Positions 35,755-45,883 of a DNA stretch of 64,000 nt are shown in pieces. The stretch spans positions 3,624-67,623 of the forward strand of contig DDXO01000013.1 of the NCBI GenBank assembly GCA_002347155.1, in the 5' to 3' direction. The position numbers and the translations under genes are program-made. The notes beneath the pieces were generated by a model, which saw only the letters and a list, made by a program, of their open reading frames with translations, was not told where the DNA came from and searched no databases. Every line of letters begins with the position of its first letter. The stretch's first letter is position 1. The stretch comes from a candidate division WOR-3 bacterium UBA2258. GTDB taxonomy: Bacteria; Hydrothermota; Tepidihabitantia; Tepidihabitantales; Tepidihabitantaceae.

Positions 35755-38601
35755 CTATGATATCTCCTTGAGCATATTGGCCGCGACCGAGTCCGCCGGC
35801 ACGCGCTGCAGCCACATCTGCATCAGGCCCCGTGCCTTGGCCGTGTCGTGCAAGTCGTCGAGGTACAGCCGGTACAGCGCCAGGACTGCGTCTGACTTGT
35901 TCGGGCTGGCCGCGACTGCCGCGCGAAAGGCCGACTCTGCCCGGGCGAGCTCGCCCTTGCCCTGGAGGGCGTAGCCGCGCCGCAGCAGCAACTCGGGGTC
36001 CTGGAAGCCCAGCGCTTCGATGGAGTCGATGTATGCGACCGCCTTGTCGTACTGGCCGTTCAGCGTGGCAAACATAGAGGCGTGGTAGAAGAGCGGCACC
36101 TTTCTCTCCCGCTCGAGGTCGAAGCTGAGCGCCTTCTCGATGACCTCCTGCGCCTCGACGTTCTGGCCCGCTTTCTGGTACTCGCCGGCCAGGGCCAGGT
36201 AGCTGGCCGCGTAGTTGATGAGCAGCCCGCGCGTGTTCTCGTCCTTCTGCACGCGGCGGTCGAGCATCGAGTTCATGACGTACACGTCGTACAGCAGGTG
36301 CCGGGTCCGCGCGACGTCAACCTGGTCAGCACCCCGTTCCCGGACCACGCGGCTGACCAGACCTTCAAGCCGCACGTTCTGCACAACGTCCTCGAGGTTG
36401 TCGCGGGACACGGTGGTGGCGTAGTAGACCGGCGTCCGCGGCGTGTAGTTCGCGGTGAAGACCCGGGCCTGGTACTCCCCGGGCGTGCACGCGTAGTCAT
36501 CGGGCCACCGCAGCTTGATGCCCGCGCTGGTCGCGACGATGTCGCGCATCATGATGTCCTTGAGCAGGTAGGTACGGTTGTCTTTGCCGACAAACCCCTG
36601 GGGCAGCCTGTCGATTTCCGCCTCGGTGAACGAGATGGGCGCGCCCCAGCGTTTGAGCTGCTTGCAGTACCAGGGCGTGTTCAGCAGGGAGAGGTTGGCG
36701 ACCGCCACGTTCTTGCCGAACTCCGGGTCGAAGCCGGCCACACGCGACGGCACGGTCTGCATGAACCAGAGCGGGAAGGTATCGTTGTCGCCGTTGGTGA
36801 AAAGCACCGCGTGCTCGCCCGGACAGGATACCAGCATGTTGTAGCCGTACTCGGCCGGTATCCAGTCACCGCGCCGGGTCACCGACTGGTAGTTGAGGAG
36901 CATGGGCACGAACGCGAACGCGAGTGTCGCACCGGACGCGGCGTACACCGGCAGCTTCCGACCTCTCACCCAGTCGGCGAACCAGCGCAGGAAGGCATAG
37001 GCCCCGACGCCGACAAAGATGGTGTAGAAGACGAATGAGAACGCGAAGAAGTAGTCGCGTTCGCGTACCTCCAGGAACCCGAGCCTGCCCTGGGCCGGGT
37101 CGCCGCGCCGGGGGTCGGAAGGCGAGTACTTGAGGTTCAGGTAGGTCAGGAGCCCGACCGAAGCGACAAGGAACGCGACAAGGATGAGGACGAATGACCG
37201 TCGCTCCTTCTTGAACTGATGCCACATGCCCCAAAGCCCGAGGAGCGGCGGGATGAGCCCGAACAACGCCTGCCAGCCGACGTGCAGGAAGATGTCGAAG
37301 AACCTCGGGTTACCCCACTGCCAGAAGAAGTAGCGGACGTAGTATTTCACCTGCTCGTAGTAGGCCGTGAGCACGCTGAACCGCGGGTTCTGGTTCAGCC
37401 GCCATTCGTTCTCGGTCAGGAACTGGGTCTTGCGCGGCAGCAGCTTCATCGGGTCGTACTGCTCGCGCTTGAGCACGCTGACGAAATCGCGCCAGTTGGA
37501 GGGATTCACCTCGTTGATGCTCGGGTTCTGGTTGGCCCGGGTGTACATGATGAACTGAACCGTGCCGGCGAGCAGGACCAGACCCAGCATCAGCGCGACA
37601 TACCTGGGACGCAGCTTTCCCTGCCGGTGCAGCCAGTAGAGGTAGCCGCCGTACCCTGCGACCAGGAGCAGCAGCAGGACCGGCGACCGCACCCAGCGCT
37701 CGATGAACGCCACGGTCGGCGAGGCAAGAAAGAGGACCGTGTCGTCCATCACCGCGTTGCCTGCCGCGATATAGGCCACCACAAACACCAGGAAAATGAG
37801 CCCCAGGCCGTAGAACACCGTACGCGTGTGCGTGGAACGTTCCATCACCCTGATGCCATACCACGTCGCCGCCAGCATCAGCGGCACGGCGATGAAGGTG
37901 CCGAGGGAGAGACCCAGTTCCGCTATCGTCAGGATGACGAGGTACCCGGCAATCAGCTCGAAGATGCGCAACTGGACGATTGCCTCGCGGTCAACCACCA
38001 GGGCGAAGAACAGCACCGCGAAAAGGGTGAGCATCGGTGTGAAGTGGATGCCGGTAGAAAGGAAAAGCAGGTAGATTGCCCCGAGTATCAGGCGGTTGTC
38101 ACCGCCGTTGCGCTCGAGCTGGTCGCGCCAGAGCAGGGCCATGTAGAGAACCGACAGGGCGACGACCACGCAGGGCCCATACACTTCGGCCTCGACCGAG
38201 TTGTCCCAGAACGAGAAGGCAAAGGCACAGGCCAGGGCACCGAACACGCCGGCCACGTGCGGCAGCCACCTGTCAAAGCGCCGCTCGGCGCGGGCATAGA
38301 GCCCGATGAGCTTGATGACCAGCAGGTAGATCATGCCGCAGGAGAAGGCGCCGAACAGCACCGGAATGAGGTTTATCCGGAACGCGTATTCGGGGCTCGT
38401 CGGCAGCATGGCGAAGATCCGCCCGATGGTTACGAAAAGCGGCGTGCCGGGTGGGTGGGGAACGCCCATGATGACGGCGGTCGCGATCAACTCGCCGCAG
38501 TCCCAGAACGCTGCCGTCGGGGCGACGGTGGCAAGGTAGGCGGCCAACACGACAGCAAACACCGCGGCAAACAGGATGATGCGTATTCTCCGGTCGTTCA
38601 T
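35755..38601 (-). CDS. Large polytopic membrane protein, DUF2723 (glycosyltransferase family 39/PMT-like), with C-terminal TPR repeats; paralog A
   Basis: 948 aa. DUF2723 signature AFWDCGELIATAVIMGVPHPPGTPLFV. At least 10 TM helices. C-terminal TPR region. Confidence 0.7.
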   Translation of the reverse strand: MNDRRIRIILFAAVFAVVLAAYLATVAPTAAFWDCGELIATAVIMGVPHPPGTPLFVTIGRIFAMLPTSPEYAFRINLIPVLFGAFSCGMIYLLVIKLIGLYARAERRFDRWLPHVAGVFGALACAFAFSFWDNSVEAEVYGPCVVVALSVLYMALLWRDQLERNGGDNRLILGAIYLLFLSTGIHFTPMLTLFAVLFFALVVDREAIVQLRIFELIAGYLVILTIAELGLSLGTFIAVPLMLAATWYGIRVMERSTHTRTVFYGLGLIFLVFVVAYIAAGNAVMDDTVLFLASPTVAFIERWVRSPVLLLLLVAGYGGYLYWLHRQGKLRPRYVALMLGLVLLAGTVQFIMYTRANQNPSINEVNPSNWRDFVSVLKREQYDPMKLLPRKTQFLTENEWRLNQNPRFSVLTAYYEQVKYYVRYFFWQWGNPRFFDIFLHVGWQALFGLIPPLLGLWGMWHQFKKERRSFVLILVAFLVASVGLLTYLNLKYSPSDPRRGDPAQGRLGFLEVRERDYFFAFSFVFYTIFVGVGAYAFLRWFADWVRGRKLPVYAASGATLAFAFVPMLLNYQSVTRRGDWIPAEYGYNMLVSCPGEHAVLFTNGDNDTFPLWFMQTVPSRVAGFDPEFGKNVAVANLSLLNTPWYCKQLKRWGAPISFTEAEIDRLPQGFVGKDNRTYLLKDIMMRDIVATSAGIKLRWPDDYACTPGEYQARVFTANYTPRTPVYYATTVSRDNLEDVVQNVRLEGLVSRVVRERGADQVDVARTRHLLYDVYVMNSMLDRRVQKDENTRGLLINYAASYLALAGEYQKAGQNVEAQEVIEKALSFDLERERKVPLFYHASMFATLNGQYDKAVAYIDSIEALGFQDPELLLRRGYALQGKGELARAESAFRAAVAASPNKSDAVLALYRLYLDDLHDTAKARGLMQMWLQRVPADSVAANMLKEIS

Positions 38602-38775
38602 CTGGTGGACCTCCGGTAGCGGAAGAGGTTCAAGGGTTCAGTAAGTCAGTGGTTCCGGTGCCGGGCGCCTCTGCCCGCGGCCCGATTTTCAGCACCATTC
38701 ATGCAGGCTGATATTATACCGGGAACTGAAGCGAGTCAAATCAGGCGCGCCCGGTACGCCGGGCACAGGCATCGG

Positions 38776-41622
38776 TCAGGAGAGCTGGCGAAGCTGGCTA
38801 GCAGCAGCCGAGTCCGACGGAACCCGTCGCAGCCACAGTTGGAGCATGGCCTTTGCCCGGGCCGTGTCGCGCAGCCTGTCGAGGTAGAGACGGACCAGCG
38901 CCTCCACGAACTCCCCGCGGCCCGGGTCCGCGTTCGCCGCCTCCAGGTAGGCCGACTCGGCCGCCCGGAATTCGCCCTTGCGCTCCAACGCGGCGCCGCG
39001 GCGCGCGACCAGGTCCGGCTGGTCGTACCCGAGGGCCCGCATGGTGTCCAGCGCCTCCAGAGCGCGGTCGTTGTCGCCGATCTGCAGCGCGTAGGTCGAG
39101 AGGTGATACAACAGCGTTATGCGGCGGTCTTTATTGAGCTCCAGCCTGCTGGCAAGGTCGAGAACGTGCTTGGCGTCGTGCGGCCGGTTCTGGCGTCGGT
39201 ACTCGTTCGCCATCGCCATGAACGTCGCTGCATAGGTGAGCAACAAACCCCTGGTGTTATCGTCTTTTTGGACGCGGGGGTCGAAGATCGAATTCATGAC
39301 GAACACGGAATCCACCAGATACCGGCTCCTCGCCAGGTCCACCTGCTCGGCACCGACGTCCGCTACGACGCGGTAGACCAGGCCTTCAAGCCGCAGGTGC
39401 GACCTCACGTCCTCGAGATTGCCCGGCGAGACCGTGCTCGCGAAGTAGACCGGGGTCCTGGGATGATAGCCTGAACCGAACACCTTGGCAGCGTACTCCT
39501 CCGGCGTCAAGCCGTAGTCATCCGGCCACTTGAGCCTGACCCCGCCCGCAGTCGCAACTATGTTGCGGACAATGATGTCCTCGAGCAGGAAAGTCCGGTT
39601 GTTCTTGCCCACGAAGCCGCGCGGCAGGCGCTCGATCTCTTGCTCGGTGAACGAGATGGGTGCACCCCACCGCTTGAGCTGCTTGACGTACCAGTTCGTG
39701 TTCAAGAGGGAGAGTATCCCGACCTTGACATTCTTGCCGAACTCCGGGTCAAAGCCGGCCACACGCGACGGCACGGTCTGCATGAACCAGAGCGGAAACG
39801 TATCGTTGTCGCCGTTCGTGAACACCACCGCATGGTCGCCCGGACATGACACCAGCATGTTGTGGCCGTACTCGGCCGCAATCCAATTGCCGCGACGCGT
39901 GACACTGGGGTAGTTCAGGAACATCGGCACGAAGGCGAACGCCAGCAGGCAGCCGGACAAAGCGTACGCCGGCGCCGGCCGGAACCGCAGCCGGTCGATT
40001 ACCGTGCGCAGGAATGCGTAAGCCCCGACACCGACGAAGATCGTGTAGAAGACGAACGAAAAGGCGTAGAAGTAGTCACGCTCGCGCACCTCGAGGTAGC
40101 CCAGCCTGCCCTGAGCCGGGTCGCCGCGCCTCGGGTCGGAAGGCGAGTACTTGAGGTTGAGGTACGTGATCAGGCCGACCGAGGCGACAAGGAACGCGAC
40201 GAGGATGAGGACGAATGACCGTCGCTCCTTCCTGAACTGATGCCACATGCCCCAAAGCCCGAGGAGCGGCGGAATGAGCCCGAGCAGCGCCTGCCAGCCG
40301 ACGTGCAGGAAGATGTCGAAGAACCGCTCGCTGCCCCATTGCCAGAAGAAATAGCGCAGGTAGAACTTCACCTGTTCGTAGTACGCAACCGCCAGACTGA
40401 ACCGCGGGTTCTGGTTCGTCCGCCAGTCGTTCTCGGTCAGGAACTGGGTTTTGCGCGGCAGGAGTTTCATCGGGTCGTACTGCTCGCGCTTGAGCACGCT
40501 GACGAAGTCGCGCCAGTTTGACGGGTCGGCCTCATTGATGCTCGGCGAATGGTGGGCGCGGATGAACATGATGAACTGCACGGTGCCGGCCAGGAGCACG
40601 AGCCCAAGCATCAGGCCGACGTACTTCGGGCTCAGTCGCTTCTGTCGATGCAGCCAGTACAGGTATCCGCCGTAACTGGCTACGAGCAGCACGAACAGCG
40701 CCGGCGAGTGCACCCAGCGCTCGATGAACGCCACCGTCGGCGAGGCGAGGAACAGCACGGTGTCGTCCATTATCCTGTTCCCGGCCGCCACATAGGCGAT
40801 GACGAAGACGAGGAAGAACAGCCCGAGGCCGTAGAACACCGACCGCGTGTGAGTCGAGCGCTCCATCACCCTGATTCCGTACCACGCCGCCGCCAGCATC
40901 AACGGCGCGGCGACGAACGTGCCGATGCCGAGGCCCAACTCGTTGACGGTCAGTATCGTCAGGTAGGCGGCCAGCAGCTCGAATATCCTGAGTTGCAGCA
41001 CCGAATCGCGGTCCACAACCAGAACGAAGACCAGCACCGCGAAAACGGTCATCATCGGCGTGAAGTGGATGCCGGTGGAGAGAAAGAGCAGGTACATCGC
41101 CGCGAGTATCAGCCGGTTGTCGGCTGCCCCTTGCCTGATGCGGTCCCGCCACAACAGGGCCATGTACAGAACCGAAAGGGCGACGACCACACAGGGCCCG
41201 TACACCTCAGCCTCGACCGAATTGTCCCAGAAGGAAAACGCAAAGGCGCAGGCCATGGCGCCAAAGACACCGGCAACGTGCGGGAGCCACTTGTCGTAGC
41301 GACGTTCGGCGCTGGCATAGAGCGAGATGAGTTTGACCACAAGCAGGTAGATGAGCCCGCACGAGAAGGCGCCGAAAAGCACCGGAATCAGACCGATCCG
41401 GAATGCGATCTCCCTGGCCAGCGGGAGCATGGCGAAAACACGGCCCAGGGTCACGAACAGCGGTGTGCCCGGCGGGTGCGGCACACCCATGATGTAGGAG
41501 GCGGCAATCAGCTCACCGCAGTCCCAGAATGCGGCGGTCGGCGCCGCGCTGTACAGGTACACCCCGGCCACGACGGCAAACACCGCCGCAAACACGATCA
41601 GCCTGGTCCTTAGCTGATTCAC
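38776..41622 (-). CDS. DUF2723/TPR membrane protein; paralog B (tandem duplicate)
   Basis: 948 aa, collinear and about 70% identical to paralog A. Confidence 0.7.
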   Translation of the reverse strand: MNQLRTRLIVFAAVFAVVAGVYLYSAAPTAAFWDCGELIAASYIMGVPHPPGTPLFVTLGRVFAMLPLAREIAFRIGLIPVLFGAFSCGLIYLLVVKLISLYASAERRYDKWLPHVAGVFGAMACAFAFSFWDNSVEAEVYGPCVVVALSVLYMALLWRDRIRQGAADNRLILAAMYLLFLSTGIHFTPMMTVFAVLVFVLVVDRDSVLQLRIFELLAAYLTILTVNELGLGIGTFVAAPLMLAAAWYGIRVMERSTHTRSVFYGLGLFFLVFVIAYVAAGNRIMDDTVLFLASPTVAFIERWVHSPALFVLLVASYGGYLYWLHRQKRLSPKYVGLMLGLVLLAGTVQFIMFIRAHHSPSINEADPSNWRDFVSVLKREQYDPMKLLPRKTQFLTENDWRTNQNPRFSLAVAYYEQVKFYLRYFFWQWGSERFFDIFLHVGWQALLGLIPPLLGLWGMWHQFRKERRSFVLILVAFLVASVGLITYLNLKYSPSDPRRGDPAQGRLGYLEVRERDYFYAFSFVFYTIFVGVGAYAFLRTVIDRLRFRPAPAYALSGCLLAFAFVPMFLNYPSVTRRGNWIAAEYGHNMLVSCPGDHAVVFTNGDNDTFPLWFMQTVPSRVAGFDPEFGKNVKVGILSLLNTNWYVKQLKRWGAPISFTEQEIERLPRGFVGKNNRTFLLEDIIVRNIVATAGGVRLKWPDDYGLTPEEYAAKVFGSGYHPRTPVYFASTVSPGNLEDVRSHLRLEGLVYRVVADVGAEQVDLARSRYLVDSVFVMNSIFDPRVQKDDNTRGLLLTYAATFMAMANEYRRQNRPHDAKHVLDLASRLELNKDRRITLLYHLSTYALQIGDNDRALEALDTMRALGYDQPDLVARRGAALERKGEFRAAESAYLEAANADPGRGEFVEALVRLYLDRLRDTARAKAMLQLWLRRVPSDSAAASQLRQLS

Positions 41623-41625
41623 GAC

Positions 41626-42384
41626 TCAGAGCTCGGTTGCCAAAGCCTGCTGGATGTTGTACTTGAGCTGGGACGGGGTCAGCCCCGACAGCAGCGCCCC
41701 GCGGCTGGCAAAGCTGATCTTGCCGGTCGTCTCGGAGACAACTACGGCGATGGCATCGGTCACGGTCGCAATGCCCAGCCCCGCCCGATGACGCATCCCC
41801 AGTGCGTTCTCGATGTAGCGTTCCTCGCTCAGCGGCAGGGTGCAGCCGGCCGCCACGACCTGGCCGCCAACGATGACGACGGCTCCGTCGTGGAGCGGCG
41901 CCGGCGGAGTGAACATCGATATCAACAGCGGTGCGGAGACCCGCGCCTCAACCCGGGTGCCGGTCTCGATGTACTCGCGGAGACCGATGTCGCGCTCAAT
42001 GACCAGCAGTGCGCCGGTCTTGTGGTCCTTCATCTGCGCCGCCGCGTCCACTATCTCGTCGATGGCGGCAGCATCTGCGCCGTGCTTGAGCAGGAACCGG
42101 AGCGGACGGTAGCGCCCGAACCGGGAGAGTATGTTCCTGATTTCGGGCTGGAAGATGATAACGAACGCGACGATCCAGACCGTGGTCAGCGAGTTGACGA
42201 TCAGCCCGAGGGCCTTGAAGTCAAGCCAGCGGGCGAGGAACGACACGGCGACGAGGAAAAACAGACCGTAGAGCATCCGGATAGCACGGGTCCCCTTGAG
42301 AAAACGCAGGAAGTAGAAGGCAAGCAAGGCAACCAGCAGGATGTCGACTGCGTCGACCCATCGGAACCTGATGAACGAGACCAT
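41626..42384 (-). CDS. cdaA: Diadenylate cyclase CdaA (membrane-anchored DAC domain)
   Basis: Three N-terminal TM helices then DAC motifs …DGAVVI… and …RHRAGLGIATVTDAIAVVVSETTGKISFA. Confidence 0.8.
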   Translation of the reverse strand: MVSFIRFRWVDAVDILLVALLAFYFLRFLKGTRAIRMLYGLFFLVAVSFLARWLDFKALGLIVNSLTTVWIVAFVIIFQPEIRNILSRFGRYRPLRFLLKHGADAAAIDEIVDAAAQMKDHKTGALLVIERDIGLREYIETGTRVEARVSAPLLISMFTPPAPLHDGAVVIVGGQVVAAGCTLPLSEERYIENALGMRHRAGLGIATVTDAIAVVVSETTGKISFASRGALLSGLTPSQLKYNIQQALATEL

Positions 42385-43578
42385 CTAGTTCCTCAGTTCC
42401 ACGGCGTCGGCCAGCCGGAGCGCCTTGATCACCGGTTTGACGTCATGGACCCGGAGAACGTTGGCACCGTTTGCCGCCGCCAGCACGCACGCGGCAATCG
42501 TCCCCTCGAGCCTCTCACCCGGAGGCGAGTCGGAGACCGCGCCGATGAAGCGCTTGCGGGACGGGCCGACAACAACCGGCACACCAAGGGACCGGAGTTC
42601 CGCGAGCCGCCGCAGTATCTCCAGGTTGTGCTCTGCGGTCTTGCCGAACCCGATGCCCGGGTCAACGAGCATCTGAGACCGTTCGACTCCCGCCGCCTCT
42701 CCCCGCTCCAGTGCGGCCGCGAGGAAGCCCGTTATCTCCGCCATCAGGTCCGGGTACTCCGGGTTCCGCTGCATGGTACGGGGCTTGCCTTTCATGTGCA
42801 TCAGTATACACGGGACTCCGGCCCGCGCCACAACCGCGGCCATCCTGCGGTCGCCGTTCAGAGCCGATGTGTCGTTCACAATATCCGCGCCTTCGCGCAG
42901 CACCGTTCGGGCGACCCTGGCATCGGTCGTATCGATGGAAACCGGCGTCTTGACCCTCTTCTTCACCGCACGTAGTACCGGTAGGAGCCGCGCCAGTTGT
43001 TCCTCGGCCGTTACCGGTCGCGAGCCGGGACGGGTCGACTCAGCCCCGATATCGATGAGGTCGGCGCCCTCTTCCGACATCGCAGCGGCGTGGTCGAGCG
43101 CAGCCGCGGGATCGAGGAACCGGCCTCCGTCTGAGAACGAGTCAGGCGTCACGTTGAGTATCCCCATCACATGAGTCCTCAGCCGCAAGGCCAGGGCGGC
43201 TCGCCCGAGCCTGATGGTGCGCCCCGGCAACAACAGACGCCCGCTCAGCTCCAGCAGCTCCGGAACCAGCCGCGCCACGCAATCGGGCTGGCACTTCAGC
43301 CGGCCGGCCAGCGCCGCCATCTGTCGCATTGTCACGAACAGAATCGCGTCGGTCTGCCGGACCCGTCCGGATACAATGGCGCGGTTCACGGCGCAATCGC
43401 CGCCGCAGGAGAGCGCCGTCTGCTTCAGGATGTTGGCCGCCGCAGTAGAGAGCCCGGTGATCTTGACCGTGATGACCCGGCTCTTGGCGCGGAATATCGG
43501 CCAGCTCAGCTCGTCGGCGCCGATGCGACCCAGCTCCGTCTCAAGGTCGGTCCGGTTGGCAATGGAGAGCAAACGCAC
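42385..43578 (-). CDS. folP: Dihydropteroate synthase with an N-terminal extension of about 130 aa
   Basis: DHPS core MGILNVTPDSFSDGGRF…ADLIDIGAESTRPGS. The N-terminal domain is of unknown family. Confidence 0.75.
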   Translation of the reverse strand: MRLLSIANRTDLETELGRIGADELSWPIFRAKSRVITVKITGLSTAAANILKQTALSCGGDCAVNRAIVSGRVRQTDAILFVTMRQMAALAGRLKCQPDCVARLVPELLELSGRLLLPGRTIRLGRAALALRLRTHVMGILNVTPDSFSDGGRFLDPAAALDHAAAMSEEGADLIDIGAESTRPGSRPVTAEEQLARLLPVLRAVKKRVKTPVSIDTTDARVARTVLREGADIVNDTSALNGDRRMAAVVARAGVPCILMHMKGKPRTMQRNPEYPDLMAEITGFLAAALERGEAAGVERSQMLVDPGIGFGKTAEHNLEILRRLAELRSLGVPVVVGPSRKRFIGAVSDSPPGERLEGTIAACVLAAANGANVLRVHDVKPVIKALRLADAVELRN

Positions 43579-43678
43579 GTGAACTTATAGGCAAACTGCT
43601 GCCGGAAGTCAAGCCGAGTCAGGTACTGAGTAGTCGAGAATTCGAGTGTCCCGGAACTGCAGTCTCGAAACCCTTCAG

Positions 43679-44935
43679 CTACCCGGGCCCCTGCTTGAGC
43701 ACCTGTGCAATCCGGTCGAGTGCCCAGTCGAGTTCGGACCTGGTAATGACGAGCGGCGGGGCGAGGCGGATCACCGTTCCGTGCGTCTCCTTGGCGAGTA
43801 TCCCCAGTCCCATCAGCTTCTCGCAGAACCCGCGCGCCGGCCCTGACTCCGGTCTGATTTCCACGCCGATCAACAGCCCCTTGCCTCTGACCTCGCTGAC
43901 GTGGCGCGAGGCCATCTTCAGAAGCTCGCCGCGCAGGTACTCGCCCAGCTCGTACGATTTCTCCGGCAGTCTCTCCTCGGTGATAACCTCGACCGCAGCC
44001 CTGCCGACCGCGCAGGCCAGCGGGTTGCCGCCGAAAGTGGAGCCGTGGTTGCCCGGAGTGAAGACCGACATCAACTCCTTTGAAGCCAGAGCGCCTGACA
44101 CCGGGAAGCAGCCGCCGCCCAGCGCCTTACCGACGATCAGGACGTCCGGCTTGATGCCGTCATACTCGTAACAGAAAAGACGGCCTGTGCGGCCGAACCC
44201 GGTCTGGATCTCGTCGGCCATCAACAAGACGTTGCTCCGTGTACAGGCATCGCGGCAGGCCTTCATAAACCCGTCGTGCGGCACCCTTATACCAGCCTCG
44301 CCCTGCACCGGTTCAACCAGAAACGCCACCGTGTGCGGGGTGATGGCTTTCTCCAGCGCGGCGGCATCACCGTAGGGTATCATCTTGAATCCCGGCGTGA
44401 ACGGACCGAACCCGTCGCTGTAGAGCTTCTCTGATGAGAACCCGACAATGGTCGTCGTCCGGCCATGGAAGTTGCCTTCGCAGACGATAACCTCGGCTTT
44501 GCCTTCCGGCACGCCCTTCTTTGTGTAGCCCCAGCGCCGGCAGAGCTTGATTGCGGTCTCAACCGCCTCGGCCCCGGTGTTCATCAAGAGCACCTGGTCC
44601 ATTCCGCATGCCTCGGTAATGGCCTTGCAGAACGGGCCGAACACGTCATGGTGGAACGCACGCGACGTAAGACAGAGCCTGCCCATCTGCTCCTGCATGG
44701 CGGCCACTATCTTCGGGTGACGGTGGCCCTGGTTCAAAGCCGAATAGGATGAGAGCATGTCAAGGTATCGTTTCCCTTCAACGTCCTCGACCCACACGCC
44801 ATCGCCCCTGGCCAGAACGATCGGAAGCGGCAGGTAGTTACGGGCGCTATGCGCTTCGGCCAGACGGATGCAATCCTGGGAATTCAAGAAGACTCCTTTC
44901 AGTTCCGGGCTGGATGCACATTCTAACCCGGACAC
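43679..44935 (-). CDS. rocD: Ornithine aminotransferase (class III PLP aminotransferase)
   Basis: Sequences YLDMLSSYSALNQGHRHPKIVAAM and the PLP-lysine region …LMADEIQTGFGRTG. Confidence 0.8.
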   Translation of the reverse strand: MSGLECASSPELKGVFLNSQDCIRLAEAHSARNYLPLPIVLARGDGVWVEDVEGKRYLDMLSSYSALNQGHRHPKIVAAMQEQMGRLCLTSRAFHHDVFGPFCKAITEACGMDQVLLMNTGAEAVETAIKLCRRWGYTKKGVPEGKAEVIVCEGNFHGRTTTIVGFSSEKLYSDGFGPFTPGFKMIPYGDAAALEKAITPHTVAFLVEPVQGEAGIRVPHDGFMKACRDACTRSNVLLMADEIQTGFGRTGRLFCYEYDGIKPDVLIVGKALGGGCFPVSGALASKELMSVFTPGNHGSTFGGNPLACAVGRAAVEVITEERLPEKSYELGEYLRGELLKMASRHVSEVRGKGLLIGVEIRPESGPARGFCEKLMGLGILAKETHGTVIRLAPPLVITRSELDWALDRIAQVLKQGPG

Positions 44936-45246
44936 CTCCTGAAGGCAAGCTCGCCCGAACCGATGAAGGCACTTCTGCCCCCCGGCTCATATGCACGGGC
45001 TCACATCTGCGCCTGAAACGACCGGCCGTCCGGGACCCGCGACACAACGCCGGCAGGATGACCGGGCCCTGGTGCGTCCTGTGCGGTCTGAAGCAACCAT
45101 GTCCGATACAATCATTGACATTCGGGCGGAATCGTGTCAAATAGATGGGCAGTCTGTTGGCGATCCGCACGATGAGGACTGCGACGCAGCCTGGTTCATG
45201 GAGCGAGTACCTGACACAGGTATCTGGATTCTAAAAGGAGCATAGA

Positions 45247-45822
45247 ATGTCGATGATTTGCGGCGGCTGGCACGGTCGGGGTTGGCGGGTCACCGCGGTG
45301 GCCCTCGCCCTGGCTGTCGTGGTCATCTCGAACATGTCCTGCACGAAGCCGCCCCGCTACAGCGACGAATCGTTCTACGAGGACGTCGCCTGGGGAATAA
45401 TGACCGGGCTGGTGGACATCTACAACCAGAACATCGCGGGCACGCCGACCGGACCTGTGGACATTGTTGCCAGCGGGCCATTTGGCGGCACCGTGCACAT
45501 CACCGGAGCAACGACCTACGACCAAAACAATGGCATCCAGACGGTGCACCTGCAGTACGACATGTCGAACTGCCGCGTATCCTCAACTTCATCCTCATCA
45601 AACCTGAACGTCGACCTGACTCTGAACGGCGTCATCAGCGAAAACGGCAGTTGGTCTGCAGGCTACGTGAGCCTCGCCTACGACTCCCCGGGGCTCCGCC
45701 TGGATGGTTCCTCCGAGCGGGGCTCCAGGCAGCGCGACGTCAACGACATGACCTCGTTCAAGGCAAACCGCACGAGTTCCGGCACATCAGCCGAGCTGTT
45801 CGGGTTCAAGGTGTCCTGGTGA
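45247..45822 (+). CDS. Hypothetical lipoprotein
   Basis: Signal plus lipobox …VVVISNMSC. No domain recognised. Confidence 0.4.
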   Translation: MSMICGGWHGRGWRVTAVALALAVVVISNMSCTKPPRYSDESFYEDVAWGIMTGLVDIYNQNIAGTPTGPVDIVASGPFGGTVHITGATTYDQNNGIQTVHLQYDMSNCRVSSTSSSSNLNVDLTLNGVISENGSWSAGYVSLAYDSPGLRLDGSSERGSRQRDVNDMTSFKANRTSSGTSAELFGFKVSW

Positions 45823-45883
45823 GCAGGTGCAAGAGCCAGCCTCCACCTGCCGGCTGAAACGCCGCGCCTGGGCCGGTCCGCGG

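Noticed and set aside
36082-41613. Long plus-strand ORFs (36082-37038, 37219-38619, 40549-41613 and others)
   Set aside because: Antisense to the two DUF2723 genes. Compositionally biased and without motifs.
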